The notes beneath the pieces were generated by a model, which had not been told where the DNA came from, did no database searches, and was given only the letters and a program-made list of their open reading frames with translations. From contig OX597821.1 of NCBI GenBank assembly GCA_951406725.2, positions 61,752,001 to 61,816,000 of the forward strand: 64,000 bases of DNA, written 5' to 3'. This document shows positions 44,021-57,308 of this stretch, piece after piece (position 1 is the stretch's first letter; the number at the start of each line of letters is the position of its first letter). Source of the stretch: Octopus vulgaris. Its lineage: Eukaryota. Position numbers and translations under genes: made by a program.

Positions 44021-44416
44021 GGCGCAGGAGTGGCTGTGTGGTAAGTAGCTTGCTTACCAACCACATAGTTCCGCGTTCAGTCCCACTGCGTGTCACCATG
44101 GGCAAGTCTACTACTATAGCCTCGGGCCGATCAAAGCCTTGTGGGTGGATTTGGTAGAAGGAAAGTGAAAGAAGCCCGTCGTGTATATGTACATATATAT
44201 ATATTTATGTTTGTGTATATGTTTGCGTGTCTGTGCTTGTCCCTCCAACATCGCTTGACACCCGTAACTTAGCGGTTCGGCAAAAGAGTGCGATAGAATA
44301 AGTACTAGGCTTCCAAATTATAAGTCCTGGGGTCAATTTGCTCGACTAAAGGCTTTGCCCCAGCATGGCCACAGTCAAATGACTGAAATAAGTAAAAGAG
44401 TAAAAGAGAGTAAAGA

Positions 44417-44418
<2 letters not shown>
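44021..44418 (+). mobile_element. tRNA-derived SINE family A (reference copy)
   Basis: Head GGCGCAGGAGTGGCTGTGTGGTAAG (A-box-like) and GTTCAGTCCC (B-box-like), internal (TA)/(TG) microsatellite, conserved core and tail AGTAAAAGAGTAAAAGAG. Confidence 0.9.
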
Positions 44419-44452
<34 letters not shown>

Positions 44453-44656
44453 CGTATATGAAATTTTCGGATGGAGTTTACTCTCTCACAGGGGTGTATT
44501 TACATCGGTTTAGCTCCATATCGATTAATATACTTGGAATTTCATTAAATTGTGTTAGTGATAAAACTTATGACGTTCCAGTTTTCGTTATAGACGTTTT
44601 CATCCATTCAATATAGGAGGACAGAATTTTAATTATAATATATTATATTATATATA

Positions 44657-45459
44657 TCTACTATATATGTGGGAAATTCTCTCTCTGGGTGTGCTTGTGG
44701 AGTTGTTAGCTAACGTCTACATCTTTTTATCAATTTTGATGTCACTTGACACGTAAGTAGAAACGCTGCCTGGAAACCTTATGACATACTCAGATTGTTG
44801 AAAAATCGAGAATAGAGCCTGTAGAAGGGATCTTTATATATATCTAATATATTTTATTTTAAAAGCCAAGAGAAATAATCCATTCATTTTCAAAAATTAT
44901 TTGGTAAAAATGAAATTGAGTATGCTTATTTCTTAGTATTTGAATTGTTAGAGCTATTCCAGTACAACCATTAAACAAGTAAATAGTATTTTCCTAAAAC
45001 GATTTCGGTTAGTGACATATTCCCAAATATAGCAAAACTTGCGCCGCTGAGAATAATACTCTCTGGGAATGCACAAAAGCCTTTTTCAGAGTTATTTACT
45101 TTAACTTGTTATTATTTCATACGTGACATGCTTCACGATTTTAGTATACATACCTTAATAGTATTTCCTCCTATGTTCTATATACTCTAGAAATGCATTA
45201 AAGCCCTTTTCGGGGCTACTTTATTTGAATTCTTACTATCGGAACCTAATTTCATGTTATTACATAATTGACTTCACAATTTTACTATTCATAACTTATT
45301 GGGAATTCCTAAAACCAAGATCCTGTGTAAGACAGTTTGGTAATCTCTGTAAATGCACAAAAAATGTTTTAAGGGCTACATACCCGTGTTGTTCTAATTA
45401 GATCAGCGAAATCAAGGGATGAGCCCCGTTTTCCTAGGAGTTACTGGGTACGTTAGCTA

Positions 45460-45460
<1 letters not shown>
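44657..45460 (+). mobile_element. Probable non-autonomous Helitron
   Basis: A|TCTACTATATA start and end CCTAGGAGTTACTGGGTACGTTAGCTAG (decayed hairpin plus CTAG). The base after CTAG is C rather than T. Confidence 0.55.
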
Positions 45461-45505
<45 letters not shown>

Positions 45506-45507
45506 TG

Positions 45508-45684
45508 TGGTTGAATACTGTCAACTCAACGTGACAGTCCCGTAAAGGGAATCACACCACCGCTATATAGCCCTAGGAAGCATCGACGCTTCCTATTGGC
45601 TTTGACACATTTCTTGTGTCCTTATATAGCGGTGGTTTTATTCCCTTTACGGGACTGTCACGTTGAGTTGACAGTATACAACCA
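45508..45684. mobile_element. 177-bp T-shaped palindromic element
   Basis: 62-bp inverted arms (45508-45569 and 45623-45684, 3 mismatches) enclose two hairpins: TAGGAAGC-6nt-GCTTCCTA and GACACA-5nt-TGTGTC. Confidence 0.8.
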
Positions 45685-45778
45685 TTATATCGCCCCCACT
45701 CACCGTTCATGTCTTTCTGAGTCATTTAGAAATTCAATATTTCTAATATATATATATATCATATTATATCATATTGTA

Positions 45779-45878
<100 letters not shown>

Positions 45879-45959
45879 CATCTATCTATCTATCTATCTA
45901 TCCCAGAATTTTTCCAATAACTTATGACTCGAGATCTTTGTCTTGCGTTAACATTTTTT

Positions 45960-46340
45960 GTCTTCGCACCCCAGCACACTACACTCCCACATACCCCACC
46001 CCTACCCACACACCCTCTCCACAAACCGACATACCACCCTCTATGCCCACACCTCACCCTTACATCCCCTATGCCCACACCTCACCCTTACATCCCCTTC
46101 GTATTGGGATCACCACTACTTTATTATCTCCACTTCTTCTTAGCTCTCCTGTCTGACCACCTCCGTCCAGCCAGCCATCATGATCGACCGCTAGCCACTA
46201 AAGCTTTTATTATTCCCTCTACGTTTATTTTCTCGTGTTCCTTTCCCTTGAAGAGTGTAAGCTCGAAACGTAAAATACTTTCTTACTTTCCCGAGCGTTA
46301 AACTAATACACGTGTTTCGTCTTTTCTTTGTAAATTCCAA

Positions 46341-46345
<5 letters not shown>
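45960..46345 (+). mobile_element. Penelope-like terminal-region fragment (same family as 31060-32155)
   Basis: Shares GGGATCACCA.TACTTTATTATCT and TTGAAGAGTGT..GCTCGAAACGTAAAATACTTT...CCCGAGC...AAACTAATAC with 31890-32090. Confidence 0.8.
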
Positions 46346-46412
<67 letters not shown>

Positions 46413-46439
46413 GGGCACTGTTGCAATATATATATATAT

Positions 46440-46610
46440 TCACAACGGGCTTCTTTCTTTTTCTGTCTACCAAATCCACTCATAAGTGACTTCTACTATA
46501 GCCCGAGGCTATAGTAGAAGTCTCTTGCACAAGGTGCAACGCAGTGGGACTGAACCCGGAACCATGTGGTTGGTAAGCAACCTACTTACCTGACAGCCAC
46601 TCCAGCGCCT
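46440..46610 (-). mobile_element. SINE family A 5' half containing a local inversion
   Basis: The head aligns to the other copies. A 16-bp perfect hairpin at 46488-46522 replaces the normal GGCTTTGGTCGG segment. Confidence 0.85.
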
Positions 46611-48559
46611 ATTGATGATGATAACTTTAAGTGGATACACATCTATTCACAAGAAGCTCTAATGAGTGGTGGGCACTGTTGCAATAAAATATGTTGCTTT
46701 ACTTGATGCACGTCTTATGATTTCCGACAGAAGATGTATATGTCTGTTTATACTCTATTTCCTTATGTCTGCAAACCTAGCGGGTCTTCTGCACTTTTCG
46801 TTCAATACACTTAAACTCAGCCACACACACGCATTCCCTTCGTGAATATTCACGCACACATACACACACACATACACACACACGCACGAATACATACACA
46901 CAAACACATATCAAATATATAAATATATAATTCTGATCTTCATGTGTGTACAGGTTACTTTGATATTTTGCCGCTTTTGGCAACTTATTTCCCCGAGAAA
47001 CGCAAGTTCAGGTAACTTTTAGGTAATTACTAAAAGAAAAACTACTTGACGCCTAAAATTCCACTTGACTAGAAAATATGTGACTGATGGTGAGCGACCG
47101 TCGAGATAATGGACCAAGCCAGGAGCCTGTTCTTAATATGCGAATCAACTCCCTCCTGCCACCTTTGAGACAACTTGTATGACGGAAGCTCTTTTATCCG
47201 TCGATCCCATTTCACGAATTCCTGATGTTGATCGAGCACAACTGCATTTGACGTTTAATTTAATATCTTTGGAACTCATGGGTATTTTAATTTTTAAATG
47301 AACTCCAGTAATCTGTGACATTGAAACTAAATGTATGTCTTACCAATTGGTAATTTTTTGAAAGAGTTCCTGCAAGCATTATACCTTGGAATTGGCTTGT
47401 ACGTTTTTGTCCATCAGCAACAGAAAATAAATACGTGTTTAGGAACGTAAATTACCTTTTAATATAACATCCGTTTGAGCTTCCACAAAATTTACATGAT
47501 ACCTAGAAGCATTTTCTTATACAAGAAAAGATATGTGTCGCAAATTGTCGTTAAAGAAGAACAGGAGTGAGTTACTATTGATTCCTGTTGATACCCAAGA
47601 ATAATTCTGTTTTTCACGTCCTCCAATACAGCTAACAGACAATTGTAAGACAACAGACAATTGTAACTTATTTAGATATTGTAGCACACGGGTCATTTTC
47701 GAGTAGTAGAACAACCATACCTCCACTTTCAAATTCGTGACCCCGTGAATGTTAATCTGTTTTTGACAGTTTTAAATCAAACCCAGAACAGTGTTTCCGC
47801 CAATGAAATATAATGGTATTTGCAGAAATCTCTTTCCAATATAGCTCTCTACCCTGTATGATAAATTTGACTGTCAGAAGCATTTTGTAAGAGATTTAGA
47901 TATTTCGATATGTTGACTCGCTTATTATTTATCCTAACATTACGACATCTCGTACAAAGAAACGCTACTAGAAGATATTTATTTTTTATTTATTAAAATA
48001 CATCCGTATTTTAACCCAAGAAAAGCTCGAAATTGAGATTTTACCTCTTAGAAAGTAACAATTTTGTCAGTTCGAATTTTGTTCCTGTATCCTGAAGACT
48101 TGGTGTTTCACTCGGGTACCATCATCACAATCTGAAAGAATTTAAAATGAAGAGGCTTATCTGAAAAGATGAGTGGAATCCTTGGCGAGAAAGGAACCTA
48201 TGATTTGGCACAATCACTCATAATTTTTGCTTCGATCATAAAAGCATTTGGACAGTTAGTCTTTTATCACTTGAGGGATTTTGAAAATGTCCCTTTTCAT
48301 ACCTTCGTAATGTTTCTCTTTGCAGCTGTAGATTGCGAAGAAGGCAGTAACAAATTTAAGAGACTAGAATCTCATTTGGATAGTTGATATCATCGTAATC
48401 GGCAACTGAATTGTGAACGGACCTGCACCGTTTAGATGGGAGTACAACTTGGTGAATGCTGGTAGTATTAATGCTTTGTTTCATTCTATTTTATTTCTTT
48501 GCAAAATTTGAAATCTATCTGTACTCGTATATATAATTATACGCAGGAAGAATGGTTTC

Positions 48560-48730
48560 ATTTCTCTTCATAACCGTTATTACTGATGTAAGAGCAAAGA
48601 TTTGCTCGAAATGTAAAAATCACCTTTCTTTCCTGCCCTGAGTGTCTACTAATAAGATGCATGTACCACGTTCTTGCATTGTTGTTTCTTTCTATTGTTT
48701 GTTCTTCGTTTTTTTTTATTTACTATATGT
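48560..48730 (+). mobile_element. Diverged Penelope-like terminal fragment with hammerhead-like motif
   Basis: CTGATGTAA-GAGCAA-AGAT-TTGCTC-GAAATGTA followed by CCTGAGTGTCTACTAATA, similar to 32022-32090 and 46241-46310. Confidence 0.5.
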
Positions 48731-50409
48731 ATGTATGTATATATAAAATTTCCAGGATTCAAGAAAGTCAGGTATTTAATAGCAAAGGACCAGAGTCAGG
48801 TTGGTGATAACGTCATCGTGTGCTCACAATATCTAAAGACATATAAGTACCTACTTAAGTAAACACGGATTTGTACTCCAGTTATGCATACATTCACATA
48901 TGGCTGAATGAATACATAACGATTCATCAAGGTCGAACATGGGTACAGTGATGGCACCTATTGCACCACCGTCTATAGTCTTAAATCTGAACGAATTGCA
49001 GGTTTCAATTTAAGAACTTCCTTTCATCAATACAAACACGTCTAAAACAGCTGTGGTAATTAATAGTACTAATAAGTAGTACCAGCAAGCTAAGCCACTC
49101 ATACTATTATATTTAAATGATTTTTTTTATTCACTCCGATACCTTTTTAAAATTTGCTGCGGCTTTAAAAACGGTCATAGTACACTTTGGTGAGATTAAT
49201 AATCTCTATAACCCAGGGGTCAGGAAGACTCGCTGCAGACTGCACATGAACTAAGGGTTTTTCTCAAAGTTCGAAATCACGGTGATACGGGTATGTCTGC
49301 CCTTTTCAATTTTCGATTATTTTCGTTATCGGTACGGGGTTTTAGATGGTTTGTTCATTTGCCCGCTTTCACCTTTGTGCTTAAGTGAAAAATTATGGTT
49401 TGTCATTTTGACTGATAAATATATATAACTGTATATAGCAATCGTCTTCCAGTTGTCATCGAGGAAGCCTCCGGGGTATAAATTTACCCCTCATACGTGC
49501 GATAGTGGTAGATGTAGTGGCTTTTAATGGCAGGATTGATGTCGTGGATAGCTATGTGCCTTAAATTCGTTGATTTCTGTTGAAATATCAGCATAATCAC
49601 CCAAGAGTTTTGATTTGTGCTGTTATTCTATTGTTATGAAAAATACATTAAAAATTTATGAATATACATGAGTATTTCCTATTGTATGAAAATATATTAG
49701 ATAGAAATGAAATTCTGAGATATTGATCTGGTTATGTCGTGTGTATATAGATTTAAATGTTAAGGGATTGCTTAAAAACGTAATAAGTTTTATATAAATA
49801 ACATTGCATTAATATAACTGCTGAAATAGATAAATCTTTGTGAGATATAGCGATGTAATGCCTACCACAGTTGCTCTAAATAATAGAATAATTTACTACC
49901 TCAACATTTTGCCTATATACTTCGCTGGAACTGTTGGCAAACTAAAGGTGGATGGATATAAATAATTGTCTTGTTAAAGGCAAACCGAGATGATATGGTC
50001 AATTTTTGATATAGTACACAAACACACACTCCCAATCAAATATACACACACACATGCACACATATGCACACACGAACACAGGTGTGCCTCGTCTCTATAC
50101 CTGAGTGAAATCATTATAATATAAATTAATGTAATTTGTTTCCTATGCACGTTTCACCGTTCTTTTGTCTAAGACCACAACACTGGATGTTAGAAATGCA
50201 TGTAGATACTTATCCGCAACGGCACAACTGGGTAAGACCTTATTGCACTCACAAAGGAACATTCTCTCGAGCGCCTGTATATAGAAATTGGGATGAAAGT
50301 CACGTAGAAAATATGTTCAATACGTTCCGTAATTTTCTCAAATCCAGTACAGTGAATAAAATAATGATGGATAACTCCGTAGTTGCAAATTATGAAAAAA
50401 GGGAATAAT

Positions 50410-50510
50410 AATTTCAAGGTAGTACGCTGTTCCTTCATTTCAGCCATTGCAAAAATTGACGAACAGTGGAGAAGCACTGCAAAACAAAAATGCATCACGT
50501 GGCAGTAGCT
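50410..50510 (-). mobile_element. Possible mariner transposase N-terminal fragment
   Basis: Minus strand MAEMKEQRTTLKL resembles the mariner start M..EQR..IKF. The match is short. Confidence 0.35.
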
Positions 50511-50518
50511 GGATATAG

Positions 50519-52155
50519 TAAATGGAGAAGGTGAAGGTAGTGCCAGTTATTGTTGGGTCTTTAGGATAAGTAACAGAAAGCATCAAGGGGAATATAAAGG
50601 AAATTGGTATAGAGTGCCATGTTAAACGGTTACAAAGATGTTTGCCTCCTTGTTACGGCCAGAATAATCAGTATATCGGAATGGAATTTGGGACTAAAAA
50701 ATGTGGTATTCAAAGTAGTGTCGTTCGATGGCGTAGAGCTAACCGACGGCGATATAATCAAGTCTATTAAGACTGAAAGATATAAATACCTGGGGATTGT
50801 AGAATACGACAAACCCAAGGAAAGTGAAATGAAGGAAAGATTTAGGTGAGAATATCTCAGAAGAACCACGTTAATTATGAGAAGTAAACTCAATTGTAAA
50901 AAAAACAAGATCAGAGCAATGAATACATGGGTTGTCTCCTTAATGCGATACAGCGCATGTTTTGTTAGGTGGACTAAGAAATGGACAGAAGAAATGAACT
51001 TGAAGAAATGAACTTGAAGAAATGGACAGGAAAACTAGAAAAGTGGTGACAATTAAAAAGGAACTACATACCAAAAGCGATTCTGACAGATTGTATCTAG
51101 AAACAGGCGTGAAAAAGATCTGATAAGATGCAAGATCTGTGCCGTCAACGAGAAGAACAGTCTGGGATGATACATCAAACACCAGAGTGAATCCTTGCTT
51201 GCTGCAATTGGAATTAGCAATATAATGTCTACCGAAAATGCTAGGCACCCACAAACATTTAAGAAAGAGGAATCAACTGGAAAGGGAAACCACTGCATGG
51301 GAAATAACTTAGAGAAATCCAAGGAAAAGACAAGATCAATACTTGGAGATGGCTAAGAAAAAGTGATCTGAAAGGATGTACTGAGGTATTGATATGCAGC
51401 GCCCAGGAGCAAACTCTGGGAACTAATTACACCAAGTTCCAAATAGATGAGAATAGCAAATCGTCCCTTTGTTGGATGTGTGATAGCTGAAACGAAACAA
51501 TTTTACATATTGTGAGTGAGTGTATCAAGTTGACCCAAAAGCACGACAAGACGAGGCACGATAACGTGGTTAAATTCATCCACGGCCTGAACAGAGCACC
51601 CAAATCGTACGAACCTGAGCCAGAAGGAGTAATGTGAGAACAAGGAACATAAGATACTGTAGGATTTTACAATGTGACTCTCTAATCGAGATTCGGAGAC
51701 CAGATATTGTTGTGGTAGATAAAGGAAAAAAGGAAACTAAGATCATACTTATGGTAATACCTAGAGCAGCACGCTTAAGTGACAAAGAACTAGAAAAGAT
51801 TGAAACGCAAAGACTACTAAAAGACGAAATTGCAAGGATGTGGAGTATGAGGAGAGTGTCTGTCATTCCAGTTTTTGTAGGGGCACTCGGAGCACTAACA
51901 ACCAAGTTCGAGAAATATGTCAAAGAAATCGGAATTGACATGAGAGCAGAGAAAGACCCTGCCCTAAATTTCTCGGCAGGGGACGCCTAGGATTTTGAGA
52001 TTGGAACTTGCATGTTGAATGACTCCCACAATTTACTACCAATGTAAAACCTCTGACGACAGGCTGCTGTCTGTTCTTACAGAATGTAACAGAACAAAGA
52101 CAGAAAATTCTGGGAAGCACAAAAATAACAACAACAATAACAACAGCAATAATAT
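50519..52155 (+). mobile_element. Old R4/Dong-like RLE retrotransposon (two joined fragments)
   Basis: 50522-50670 is an RLE C-terminus (KVVPVIVGSLG*V...KEIGI). It is followed by IGMEFG.KKC, YKYLGI, EYLRR...SKLN, MDRKTRK, SDRLYL, WLRKSDLK..TE.LICSAQEQ, C..C...ETILHIVSEC, RHD, RRPDIVVVDK, IPVFVGALG and an (AAC/AAT)n tail. Many stops and frameshifts. Confidence 0.88.
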
Positions 52156-52157
52156 TG

Positions 52158-54109
52158 ATTTATTTATTAACCACAAAGGTTTACATTAAGAAAAACATTA
52201 TGGTCAATACGTGAAAAAAATAAAGAGTTTGTGTATGTGTGTGGGTTTTGCATGTAAACAAGACTAACAAAATAAAACAGAAAAATCAAAGATGTGTAAT
52301 CCTCAATAGGACAGAGACGTTCGAGGGTTGCTTATTGACCCCCCCACCCCCCATAAAAACCATGGGTACCCTGGATTTTGGGACAGGTGCCTTTTTTCTT
52401 TTACTTTTTTCCAGCTACTGGGCAGGACCGTTCACTCCCACCATTCTCGCCACTTTCATCCATCTTTCAAGAAAATAGTTTGAAACCAGCACTTCCTTCC
52501 CTGCTCTAATTTTGATTTTCAATCGAAATTTGAAGAAATTGATCAGAGATTGGCCCAAAAGAAAAGTGTTTGTCTTCAGCCCCTTCAAGCTCGTCCAATA
52601 TACAACCTCTTTCTCCATAGCTACCAGACATATAAACACAGACTTTCCTTCCCAGTTAAAGGAAGGCAGCGAGGCGTTCTTGACAATGGATTCAGTTGAC
52701 AGACAGATCCATCACACACGGGACAACAGGAGTTCGACATAAACCCACAGGTGAACAATGTGCGGGCACTGGATGAGGGCATGCAGGACCGTATTGTCCT
52801 GCGTACATCTTGGATATACTCGACTGACTGCACTTCCGTGCCTGTAAAGTTTATCTCGAACAGGCAAAGGTCTCCGGTAGCTGCAAGGCCAGGGATTTTT
52901 GGAAATTACCCATCGGTCCCGGGTCGAAATTTCTCAGGAAAAGAACGGCTAGCTGATCTTCTTCGACGCCCAAAGTCTCCCCAAGAACATCGTCGCACTT
53001 TTCCTCCGCTAATCCTCTATAAGAAGCTAAAGTGCACTTTGCAACTACCGCAGTGTCAGATTGGCTGAGATTTGTGAACGCTCGAAGTCATCCAGCTTCC
53101 CAACTGCTTTCTCTCGATCTCTATTTTACCCAGGACTGCAGCTCCGTTAAAGAACCTAGCAGCGGAAATACGCGTCTGGCGAATAGCGACCACATTTGTT
53201 CACCGTCAAGGAAGCACAGGAAATGTCGTAGCCTCAGCGCATGTCTGCGCAACATCAATCTCGGCATGCCTAGGCTATCACGCAGCGGATGTTAACAAGA
53301 GATAGACCGCCTGACCATCGGGCTGCATCCGTTCCACAAGAAGCAGAAGAGTATTCGCTCCGGCATAATCAGACGGTGGGCAGGACAAGGCACGATGGAC
53401 AAGCGATAATAGATGACGGACGCGATATGCGCGTTAGACATCTCTGCCCGTCCTTTCAGGGAAAGCTTTCTCTTGGCCTATTTCTGGGTGAGTGTAGTCA
53501 CTCTGCTCGTTGTCTCGTCCCAGTTTTATGTCCATCTGGAGGTCCCGACCGAAACAGATACCAAGAAATTTAATCCGTCTGTCCAACCAGCGACCAGCGA
53601 CGCAGTTCAGCGCTATGGACTTGATTCTCCAGGTGTCAGGTAATTTTTCCTTGGTTAATCGTTGCTCCTGAAATGGCCTCGTCGTCGCTGAGAACGGTGC
53701 CGATCTTTTGTATGTATTTATGATCCGACACAACTACGGTGACGTCGATGGCATATGCCGAGAGGCATCTCCCATTCCTACGTTACGGGGATACCTCTCA
53801 ACGTCTCCAGTTTGTGTATTAATGGCTCGAGAGTCCGTATATACAAGCGAGACGAGAGGGGGAGACCTTGCCGGATTGAGTGCATGAGGTTAAACGGCTT
53901 TGAGACGTGACCATGTAATCTGACTACTGAACAGATGTCACTGAGTATTGCAGTGATCCAGCCCCTGAATACAGGCCCGAAACTAGCTGAGTTGAGGATC
54001 GCTGCCAAGTATAGATGGTCGACCTTGTCAAAACTTTAGATTGTTCTTAAGGAAACAGGGTCTCACACGTGCCAGGTTCTTTAGCCACTTCCTCAATGAA
54101 GTAACGCCT

Positions 54110-54110
<1 letters not shown>
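52158..54110 (-). mobile_element. 5'-truncated, decayed L1/Tx1-like LINE
   Basis: Minus strand: EQSKV(fs)FDKVDHLYLAAIL...FGPVFRGWI...SIRQGLPLSSRLY..TLEPL, AYAIDVTVVV (YADD remnant), IKFLGICFG, YPRC..DNTVLHALIQC (CCHC remnant), and a 3' AATAAATAAAT. Confidence 0.85.
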
Positions 54111-54151
<41 letters not shown>

Positions 54152-54305
54152 GATATATATATGGCCAGATTGGAGCAATCTCAAGTATAATCAGCCGAAA
54201 TTGCGAAGATAATCTGGTACTTGATTGAGGAAAGAAAACTTTGAATGGCACATTCTTGTTTTCTTTGTATCGTCTATCTGGATGTTTTCTTGTCCCATTT
54301 TTATA

Positions 54306-54519
<214 letters not shown>

Positions 54520-55523
54520 TGTTCTCGCACCATGTCGCGATGTATGAGATGTTTACTTCTCATTTACGAGTTAGTGTTTGCACTTTTGGATGTTACTACA
54601 TACCATTTAGGACAAGAGCTTCGCATAAATCCAACATCTCTGAGTCAAAATAGACACACGGAACCTCCAGAAAGCTGACGGCATATAACTGTATTTCAAT
54701 GATACAGCGTTGCCACGAGTTGTGTCACTGTGACTCTTCTTCAGTATTACATACTTGTGAAGCTCTCTGCTATTTACACTCCGTCTTAAGGAGTAGGTAA
54801 CTTGCCTGATTCAACGACTGGCTCTTCATCACGTTCACCGATGAAGATCCTACTTTATTTCTCTCGTGTTTTCACACACACACACACACATATATACACA
54901 CACACAAACACACACAATCATGCACTTATATAAGTGCACACATACACGTAAGTTTATTGATGTTTGTGCACCGACATCCTGTGAGAATTCTTGTTTAATA
55001 AAAAATATACAATTCTGTTATAAACGAGCTTCATTCTTACAGTGAATATGAGATATAAATTATATTGTATTATAATCTATGTATCTCTCTCCTCTAAGCG
55101 TAGCACCCAAGAGACAAGATACGAAGACAGCAAATCAATCATTATCCAGATTAGAATCTTCAAACTCGAATGACATAAAGGGAATTACTGATATGTCTAG
55201 TGTCCTCAGAGCACCAATTATAAGTTTTGTAAGCACAAAATTAATAGCATTCTTAGCACCAAACAAAACATTACTGTTATCAGTTTAGATTTTTCATAAC
55301 CGTTAAAGTCACAATCGCAGTTTTGATAAAATCACAAAGTCTGCATGGTAATCAATTGAATTAATTTCATTTTAATATAATATGAAACTACACCGTTATA
55401 GTCAATAAGACAATAAAATTAAATTAGTTTTGAATTTCAACACTGATTTAAATTGTTTCTTGAATTCGCAAAAGAAAGACCGTTTTTTTAAATCATGCTC
55501 TCTCTCTCCTCTCTCTCTCTCTC

Positions 55524-55560
<37 letters not shown>

Positions 55561-55929
55561 ACTACGATCATTATAATTGCTGATGTTCATGTTATGCAAG
55601 CGCGAGTTGAGCAAACACTGTTAAATCGTGGAGTAGCATTGTGGTATATTTCGCGTCTCTGTCTTTTTATTTAAATCCCTGTGTTATCGGTTTCAAAGTC
55701 CATTCGTCTGCCGTGGATTTGGTTTTTACCATTGCACATAATAACAATTATCTGGTTGCATTCATAAAGGAATTTGAGCAGGTGAGGGTAAAGGAAACGG
55801 CAAATGGTTTTTCAGCACTTTCATATAATTTCATATTTTCAAAATTGTATTTTTCCATCGCTTTTGGAAAATTTTATCCTACATGTTTCTCTTTGTTATC
55901 ATTGCGTTACACAGTGGCAATGGCATGTA

Positions 55930-56670
55930 TTAGGCTGAATAAAGAGTAGGCAACGTTTTGAAACATGAAATTCATCATTGTATGTTTCAACAAGGTTGAA
56001 ATTTTATTCATCAAACTAATCAACATATTTTTTCCAACGAGTTACAAGTTTGTTTATTCCGGTAACATAAAAATCTGGAGTTCTGGAGCTGATGAAATCT
56101 TGGAACGCACTTTCAGTATCGGTTTCATTTTGCAACTCTTTCTATTGCAGGAAACCATTAGGGTGCTTGAAAAAGTGGTAGTCGGTAGGAGAAAGGTCTG
56201 GGGAATAAGCTGGGTGGGGAAGAACTTCGTAGCCAAATTTCCTCAATTTCTGGAGCGTCATTAGTAAAATGTGTGGTCGAGCATTGCCAAGGAGAATGAT
56301 TGGGCCTCCTCCGTTGACTAGTCAGAGACGGAGGAGTAGCAGACTTTCGTTCATCTTGGTAATTTCACGGCAATATGTTTCTGCAGTAATGTTTTTTGCT
56401 GAAGTTATAGTGGATGAGTCCATCAGTACACTACCAAACAGTCACCATAACCATCTTTTTGAAGAGCTTGGGTTTAAGGAAGGTTTTTGGTGCGTCATCC
56501 TGGTCCGATCACTGCGAAGGACGTTTTTTTTATTATTGTACAGAATCCACTTTTCATCGGAAGTTACAATACGGTCGAAAAATGGATGGGTCTGTTTGCA
56601 GAGAAAAAGCGACGAGCAAATTTCATATTTGAGCATTTTCTGATTTTCCATTTGTCGAGCATTTTTGATT
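55930..56670 (-). mobile_element. Mariner relic (3' two-thirds of the transposase plus 3' TIR)
   Basis: Minus strand PFFDRIVTSDEKWILYNN and GYEVLPHPAYSPDLSPTDYHFFKH...FYVTGINKLVTRWKK. TA|TTAGGCTGAATAAAGAGTAGGCAACG at 55928-55955. Confidence 0.9.
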
Positions 56671-56707
56671 TTCCGGTCGCATGAAAATAATTGCAGGAAG
56701 TTTGCAA

Positions 56708-56770
56708 GCTAACTCACAGCCTCCCGATCGTAAGCTCGATGCTCTAACCACTGATCCATGCGCCTTCACG
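56708..56770 (-). mobile_element. tRNA-like SINE head fragment (third family)
   Basis: Reverse complement GAAGGCGCATGGATCAGTGGTTAGAGCATCG...GGCTGTGAGTT has an A-box and D-arm-like sequence, truncated in the B box. Confidence 0.5.
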
Positions 56771-57260
56771 TACACACACACACACACACACATATCATTT
56801 ACATTATTATTTAATTGAACGTCACGCATCCATTTCCAAGTAATTCTTCACTGTTCTCGTTCTGTCAGCGTTTTAGCGTTTCAGTCGAGTGTATTGGCAT
56901 TAATGTGGCAACATCTGAAATGTTGTCGTGGTATATGTTGGCTGATGAAGATAGATCAAATGTATGTGTGCAGGCATATCTTGAAAAATCTGAAACCGGT
57001 CCCGGTCCCACATTATCCCTTTCTAGGTGTTTCATCCTTCAGATGTTCTCCCTGGAGGTAAGACAATTTTTTTCAAGTTTGTTGCGCTCACGCATTTTTG
57101 TTAGTACATACGCGGTGAAGCTATACATTAGCGTCGTATTATTACGTTCGCTATTTTCCAGTAAATATCGGTACTTCGTTGTGCCATATATTTACTTCTA
57201 TGTATAATTTTCCCTCACGGCCTATTCTTTACTGGAAAGCAATACTCTCGTATTGCATTA

Positions 57261-57308
<48 letters not shown>

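Noticed and set aside
44021-44100. tRNA gene
   Set aside because: It has A/B-box-like motifs but no complete cloverleaf, and it continues into the SINE body. The same holds for the other SINE heads.
47500-47930. Possible CR1/L2 RT remnant on the minus strand
   Set aside because: Motifs are too degraded to support.
49213-49250. hAT-like terminus CAGGGGTC
   Set aside because: No partner TIR or 8-bp TSD found.
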